Shown here piece after piece: positions 56,412-64,000 of a DNA stretch of 64,000 bases (positions are counted from its first letter, which is position 1; each line of letters opens with the position of its first letter). Source of the stretch: Klebsormidium nitens (lineage: Eukaryota > Plantae > Klebsormidiophyceae). Under the pieces are notes generated by a model. The model worked only from the letters and a program-made list of their open reading frames with translations. It was not told the DNA's origin and did not search any database. Position numbers and translations under genes: made by a program. Location of the stretch: assembly GCA_000708835.1 (NCBI GenBank), contig DF237063.1:100875-164874 (forward strand), written 5' to 3'.

Positions 56412-57459
56412 GTTTCCAAGACGGGGAGCCTGTGAATTAGAGTTTGCAAGCTCAGCTCAAAGCAACAGAGACCGATTGAAGCCTTGTGAATCAATGGCAA
56501 TGCTGTTCAAGACCAATCCCTTTCAATCAGACTGCCAGAAACATTAGCCACGGCGCTACGGCTCAGCTTGAGAATTGCAAGAGAAAGTATGGGAGCTGTA
56601 GAGATCTGTCAGACGGCTTCAAACTTTCACAAAGGACGGTCACTTTCTACGTTTCTTTCTTGCTGATGTGAGTTTCTTCAGTTTCAACCTGGGTTCATTC
56701 TAGCTTTACGCACCACGAGCTCTGTACCACTGCACTGTTTCAAACTGAAAATGCAGGAAGAAAGATCTATATATGGCACATATGCGGTTGTACCAAATGC
56801 GCAATATGCATCTGATTAGGTAGCTGGATATACCGTACTCGGGTTCCAGTACAGCCAAATTCGATTTGAATTTTGAATTATGCTCGGATACCAGGCAGAA
56901 CCGCTGACAGCCGACCCAATTCAGACCGGATATATCCTGATGTAACTCTGCAATATGCTCCTGTCCTCTGCCAGGCTGGCCAGGGTTGTCCAGCTGTGGT
57001 CACAGTGGTGTGGAGCTGAAGAGTCCATCTCTGGCTGCCTGCGTAAGCTTTGAACCTTGAAGTTGCAGATAGTGGACGACATCTCCAGGCCATTAGGAAA
57101 CATCACAAAGGTGGTGGCGGGATTATTTTGTTTCTATTCGGTGGCAGGGTTGCTTGCTCTTTAGTAAAAAGCGTAGTCACCTGGTGGCAGGCGCTTAACA
57201 GTGTCAATCAGCTGGGGCTACTGACTTGAGTTGCCAGCACACATGTACTGATGCGAGCCTTGCTAGATCCCCCAGCCTCCCTTGCACCTTAGCCGCACAT
57301 GAGCCTGTCACGCAAGTGCAAGACGTCTACGCTGAAGGGAAGGAGCATTGTTGATGCTGCCTGATTAACTACAAAACTATACACGTCGCTGCTCACGATC
57401 TAAATTTGGTGGCGGCCACTTAACTGGTGGCTTGGGCTTGCAGCAGTCTGGAAAGCAAG

Positions 57460-60400
57460 ATGAGTGCACTGATTGTGCCTGAGTTCTTGCTGAATTTTGA
57501 CGGTAAGTCTCTGAAACTACATAGGGGAGTCTTACTTACGAGCATCCTCAGGGCCTCTTGAGTCTTGCAAATTGGGTTTGAATGATGAGGCGTCATGTGC
57601 AACTTTTTCATCTTGAACAGCTTGATGTGCAGTGCTGTCAATCCGGGTTTCTCTTTGGTTCAAAGGGTTTTATTCAGGATTAGACGTTGCAGCTTATGAG
57701 GAAGCACACTGCATGCTTTGGGTCTGCGGTAGCAAGCCCATACTTACATGTCCAAGGTGCAGAGCACTTGAGTAACTCCATCAATTTGAGTAACTCCTCA
57801 TTGATGGGAGTATTTACACAGCTGACTCTCTTGCAGTGAGCAGTGTCAGCAAGCATGTTTGGGTGGAGTTGGTGCTCTTGCTTGTTGTCTTGTACTTCCT
57901 CAGCCAGAGGAGCTACAAGCCAGACCAGCGACCCCTCTCCCATCAGGTAGGGTGTACTCTGTCCCTTGAAGTTCGCTAGATCAGACGGACCCCCCATTGA
58001 AGTCTGTTCAAGGTTTGCGTCTGTTATTCCGAGTTAGAGGACATCATGTGCACATGAACCACGAATTTTTTTCTGGACCAGTGTAAGAAAGAGTGAGCCG
58101 AGATGCAGACCCAGGCGAAACTGACGAGAAAGCTATGAATGACAAAAGTTTTTCGAGGGACACTATCCGAACCTCATATTGTCTGAGCAGGCCAGTCAAA
58201 CAAGGCACGGTGGCACTGTCTGTATTTGTAGGGCACTATCGCCCCGCAAGTTTATATGTTTGAACTTCCAAGTTGCGCCTTCTCCAACATCAGGGCTCCA
58301 CTTTTGCAGGAGATTGACCAACTCTGTGAGGAGTGGGTACCCGACCCCCTCACACCACCTCTCACCAAGTTCCAAAAGGAATACAAAGCTCCCGTCCTTT
58401 CTGGGTGAGGAACTTGTCTGAGTGGCAAAACCATATACAGTCCATCTGACTTTATTGCGATTGATCGTAGTTTCCAAAGAAGCATCAGTGAATTGATGTA
58501 CGTGTCCACGCTGTGGTCTGTGCGCCTATGTGGGAGTCGAGCTTTGCAAGGCTCTTCTGAAGCCCCATTTTTCAATGTTTCCTCTCCCGGGGGTGAATGC
58601 ACCTGACAGTGGGACACCAAGGCCGTGTTTGTGAGATGAAACATGATGAAGATTTGACGAATTGGAGTTTCCCCATTGATGGGCAAGGAGTTGGGACCGG
58701 TGTCCAATACAAAGTTTCTCTTCCATCACTCTCAACTCCTGTCAGTGAGTGAAGTGTCACATGGTAAATTTCTGTTCGCGGGTACTGGCATGACATTATG
58801 AGCCTAGCGCTAGCAAATTACGAGGAATCTTTTGTCCCATCCAGTGCCGCTGGAGTGAAGACGACCGTGAATGGAAAAGAGGTCCTGAACCTAGCATCGA
58901 CCAACTTCCTTGGGTTTGTTGGGAACCCGCAGATTGCCGTGAGTGCATTTGCAAGAGTTACAGTTTTCGGTGCATATGCTGTTTTGTTCTTGAAACGACA
59001 ACCTGTTGCACCTTCCGTATGTCATGTGTCGTTTGCCCAATCGCTGCTCGTAGCAAGATGAGCTGCTTCGACAATACTCTGATATCCAATGTCCATGAGC
59101 GTCGTCAGTTTGCTAACTCCTGTCAATATCCTCAAAGTACCAACTTGTTCGTTCCGATTGGCTCCAATACTGAGTCTGGATCTTTGTGCGTGTCTTTTCG
59201 GGGGGGTACAGCTGTTCTAGGAGCTCACCGGTAGTCAACGGTTTCAATTGGGCCATCCGGTAGCGGGTCATTCAAGACGAGTTGATTCTGAAGCATCACA
59301 AGGGTATACCGACATGTAATGGGACACTGGCGTTGCTCAAGTGTCAACTGGACTTTTAGCAGAGACATCAAACAAAGAGTTGTGAAGAATTCTACTCGAA
59401 CCTGGCGCGGAGACAAATACGGTTCCTTTCTTGTGCAGGATGCGGGAGCTGCCGCGATTCGGAAGTACGGGGTAGGATCTTGCGGGCCTCGAGGCTTTTA
59501 CGGGACGATTGGTGCGTGATCCGTTTGCTTCGCCAATCTGGGTTCTGGCTCGCTCGCCCCTCTTGCCTACCATGCACCGAATTCAGTATTTTGCAACACC
59601 AGAAGGCCCGCCAGAATCACGAGGTTTGCAGATCCGCCCTTGTGTAGATCACGCCCTGCTTCTGTTGCTGACGTGTGCAGGCAATAGCACAGAGCCGTTT
59701 TTCACTAGCCGACCCCGTTTAGTGCGCTTTCCGTTGATAATTGTTGCCTGCTGACGTGTGCCCTTGCTGACGTATGCAGACATCCACATGGATCTGGAAG
59801 AGAAGCTTGCGCGGTTCTTGGGGACCGCCGACTCCATCCTCTATTCATACGGCCTGGCCACGGCCTCGAGCACTATTCCGGCCTTCTGCAAGCGGGGCGA
59901 CCTCATCATTGCGTGAGCGGCTGAGCTTTGTTAAACCATTGCCAACGGAACCTGCGAGATGAAGCGCCACTTTTGGTTCAAGCGGGAGTTTGCTCGTTAA
60001 CAATTCGCACGGGCCAGATTCAATTCCTGTACCGACCATTCAAAACCAATCTGGTGTCGAGGCAGTGAAGCCGCTGTCGAAACATGCTTCTGGTGAGTGT
60101 AGGTCGCCCCAATTGGAAGGGCCGTTCATCATTCTGTGTCATGCGACGCTTATGCTTTCTGCCACCCTTTTGGTAAAATGTTCGAACGCGACTCGTTTTC
60201 TGAAGCGGGGTGCTTTCTCTCTGTCAGCGACGAGGGGTGCCACTGGGGCATCCAGAACGGGCTGACGCTGTCGCGGAGCACCGTCAAGTACTTCAAGCAC
60301 AACGACATGGACGACCTAGAGCGGCTGCTCAAGGTCAGGCTCTTTGCGGTCAATGTATGATATTCGTGAACAGCAAAATTGATCTGTTTATTGTTTTTGA

Positions 60401-63335
60401 ATCTTGTGGCGAGTTCGACTGGCGAGCGTGCAATCCTGCTGCGCTGCGCTCTTTCTTCAGAAAGGTTGTGGCTGGAAGGTTCCTACTTAGTCCTGCTCTT
60501 GCTCCTTTCCCAGCTCCCCCCCTTAGGTTGATTTCAATCCTGGGGGCCTTTGTGCGTACAGCCATGTTAAGACATACGAAAGTCGCAGCCATAGTGAGAC
60601 ATACGAAAGTCGCGGGAATGTGTGTACGTCGCGATAGGACAGAAGCGTCAACTGTAGCACAACCCAGAAGAAACCGAGAACACGCAGAAGCTTGCTTTTG
60701 TCCTTTCATCGTGGTGCTAAAAGTACGCTTGCTGATCGAGGCCAGTGATTTTGCTCTCCGTAGGGCGTCATCGAGGAGGACCGCCGGCACAAGAAGGTCC
60801 TCAACCGGCGCTTCATCGTCGCCGAGGGCCTCTACCAGAGCACCGGCCGCGTGGCCCCGCTGCGCAAGATCGTGGAATTGCGCGACAAGTACTTCTTCCG
60901 CCTGCTGCTGGATGACAGCATGGCGCTCGGAGTGCTCGGGGCGACCGGCCGGGGATCCCCCGAGCACTGGGGCGTCCCCGTCAGCAAGGTGGACATGATC
61001 TGCTGCGCGCTCGGGAACGCGTTCGCGTCGGTCGGGGGGTTCTGCGCGGGGAGCCTCCAGGCGGTGGATCACCAGGTAGGAGGATGGAGTGGTGCGTGGT
61101 AGTGCATGTTTTGATTTGCGTGGAACTGTCGAGTACGAGCTTTTTTTTGGAGCTTCTTTCGGAGCATGCAGGTTTGCGAAAGTCGGAATTTTTGTACGCT
61201 TTCAGGGTTGGCGCACCATGCAACTTTTTCGAAGCCTAAAGGGAGGCTGCGCCACCCCAATCGTTGGACTTCCGAAACTGCTCAAAGAGTGCCCGTAGAG
61301 AAAGGAGACAATTGTTCACTTAGGGCTTACGATCTTTCTTGGAGTTTCTCTCTCACATAGCGTCCGGAATATGTTTGTGCTCGAAGCTTTCCCCACGTTA
61401 GTTGTCACAACTTAGGCGGTTCGCTGCCGGTCTGTCCGCCGTTTGTCCGTGCCCCTGGTTCCTAAAACGACCGGCCCACTCCGTTGGTTTGCAAACCCGA
61501 AAGCCCACATACCTCGCCGCGGCTCTTCCATACCTCTGCGTGTTCCTTTCATACAGGCGCTTTGCCCTTTTAAGGTGGCTCAGTGGTCTCGAAAGCCCAT
61601 ATTCCTTAGCGCTGCTCAATTTGAGGGTTCCGTGCTTATTTGTTCTCTCTTCTTCGCGTGCTCGCTCTTTCTTTTTGCAGTGCCTGAGTGAGCTCGGCTA
61701 CTGCTTTCTGGTGCTGCTCCTGCCTACGGAAACCTGCATCCTCTGCCGCTGCTAATTCCATGTTTTCTTCCTCTTCTCACTGAGAAGAACAACAATCACT
61801 CTCTCTTCGCACACAGCGTCTGAGTGGGCTCGGCTACTGCTTCTCGGCGTCCCTCCCGCCCTTCCTGGCGGCCACCACCATCTCATCCATCGACTACCTA
61901 GAAAGTCACCGGGATTTGTTGTCCAAGCTGCAGCGTAACATCGGCATCCTTAGAAATGGTGAGTCTAGCCGACCTCATTTGGAAGGGCCAGTCCTTTCCT
62001 CCTCTTTCTGACCGCTTGCTCCTAGCTTTTGGTATAGCGGACTCACGAAGAAGGCGCTCTGTTGAGAGGAGATGTATCGACCCTTTTCGTAAGTCGTTTC
62101 TCCGCTTGAGTGTTACGGGGTCAGCGTTTCCCGGCCACTTAGAAACCCCACACTTTTTGATGTCGAACTCTTCGTCTGTCTTCCTGATTGTTCCGAACTG
62201 AAGGATCTGATCGTCGTGATCAGGCGATCTCAATCCAGCGACTCGCTGATAAGTCCAAAAGATCGTAACAAGATCACCACTCTGAGACGGGTGAATCACC
62301 TGATTTGGGGATTCAGCGTGTTTACAGCGCAGCCTGTCTAAATCTGGTGCCCTTTTGCTCCTGGTTCAGGGCTGGCCAGCATCCCCGGGCTGTTTCTGGA
62401 GGGCGACCCCATCTCCCCGGTCATGCACTTGCAGCTCGCCACCCCGGCTGCCTCCGACGACGAGGAACGGGAAAAGCTGCAGGCCATCGTCGCTAGGGTG
62501 AGTTGAAGAACACGGGCTGGTTCACAGTGGACGTGGGGTTTGCCTGATATTTGCCGCTTAAGGCATCAGAATCTGCGTGTTTACACTTCAGTAAGTCGGT
62601 TATGGTCCTTGTGACGATTGCAATCTCGTCTACCCATGTACAGCGCGTCCAACAAGGAGCAAGCACGTTCGAGTCATAGACCCGAATTTCAGTCACGGCC
62701 ATTCGTGGTGAACTAATTGGATACCGGTCAAAGCGACCGCGACAATCATTTTCCTGCTTCTTGCCGCCAAAGCATAGCGGGTCAGCGGGCGCCCTGATGA
62801 GTAAGAGCTTTGACGGCTTGCCCCAAAAACGGGACCTGCCTGCTGTGAGCTGTATTGAAGGAGTCTGTGGGGAGGCTGGACGCTTACAGCCCCCCCTGTT
62901 CTGGGCGAAACACGTCAATAAATGCTGTAGCGGGTTACTTTTGTTACAGCCTGGCACCGCGGCTGGCCCTCAGAACTCATCCGAGTTGCCGCCAAGCGAT
63001 TGTCGCATTCGAGTCCTGATGTTCGCAAGCCACACTCTGGGCTGTCTTCATCGCAAGAACTCGTTTCAATCCTTTTGATGTGGAACTCTGTTTGAAGTCA
63101 AAGCGACCGCTCCCTTCCTTTTCAATGAACGGCGTTCCCTCCTAATGCTGCTTGCTTTCTGCAGGCACTTGACAAGGCCTCTCTCCTTCTCACGACGACC
63201 AAGCACAGCGCCATAGAAAGGAGAAGGTTTCGCCCGAGCATACGAATAGCAGTCTCGGCGGGTCATGAGGAGAAGGAGCTTGTAAACGCAGTGGCGCAGC
63301 TCAAGAAGGTCACTGCAGCAGTCTTGAAGAAATGA
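57460..63335 (+). CDS. LCB1: Serine palmitoyltransferase subunit LCB1 (SPTLC1), 11 exons; start codon tentative
   Basis: Exons 57460-57502, 57837-57946 (TM helix, RSYKP), 58310-58404 ([14 protein letters not shown]), 58845-58938 ([11 protein letters not shown]), 59439-59511 ([15 protein letters not shown]), 59780-59912, 60228-60333, 60764-61075, 61817-61958 ([15 protein letters not shown]), 62370-62497, 63165-63335. Asn in place of the PLP-binding Lys ([13 protein letters not shown]), as expected for LCB1 rather than LCB2. Confidence 0.96.
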
Positions 63336-64000
63336 ATCTGGCTAATAAGTATTGATGATGGAACAAAATTCAAGGACATAGCCGCGTCATATTGTGTGCC
63401 CTGAACAAGGGTATTGAATCTGCAGCTGCAGAAATGCATACCAACACATACACATACGGACTTGGGTCGTCCATCCTCAGTGGCATGGCAGAGATCGTCG
63501 ATGATGGACGGTGGTAATTTGCAACTTTGGGCTCATTCTACATTCGAATGTCCTTGCACACTTTGCCTACTACGTCCGACTAGGCCGGAGTATCGGCGGT
63601 TCCTAAGTTGTATCATTTGCATCTTGGTGGGATACTGCAATAGGTCTAAATGTGTGACGCCACAACAATGCATTTGATTGGTGGACAAACCCATATGACA
63701 CTATAAGTTCAATTGACCAGAACTTAGAAGCGATGTACAGAGTAGTTTCTAGAATGCGGCACTGAATCTGAAGGATGGCCTCCTCGAGACATGCAGGGTA
63801 CAAGCTGCACACTGCAAGCTGCTGCACCGTGGTGGATCAGCTAGGAGAAGGATTTAACTCTTGCATGACTGCATATATGAACGGATATATGTGGAGCCCT
63901 GCCGCGCGGCAGCCACTCAGCTCGAGACAACTAGACTGGAAGAATCGTCCTCAAACAAACAGTGACGATTCTCAAACCCACGCTGAAAGCCGACTCGCGA

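Overview
Eukaryotic nuclear DNA: intron-rich, with GC-rich exons and one 646-nt assembly gap. The gene set, intron style and TTTAGGG-like motifs suggest a streptophyte green alga such as Klebsormidium (inference, not verified). Seven spliced conserved genes could be reconstructed exon by exon: DCAF8/WDR42A-like (-), AAGAB/p34 (+), eIF3e (-), RIOX1/NO66 (+), TTC7/NPGR-like TPR protein (+), TMEM18 (-) and LCB1 (+). Also present are a stand-alone GGCT-like-domain gene (-), a CCCH zinc-finger gene of uncertain extent (-), an F-box gene with an in-frame stop, and a ~760-bp TIR-bounded element. The most striking unexplained structure is that many introns, in five different genes, are partly built from tandem, decayed copies of the adjacent exon-intron junction. 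Donor copies always lie downstream of the functional donor and acceptor copies upstream of the functional acceptor, which suggests a junction-duplication ratchet that grows introns. A second pattern is intergenic tracts just past gene 3' ends that read like chains of short palindromes. Exon boundaries were read by eye and may be off by a few bases; family assignments are from recalled motifs, with no database search.
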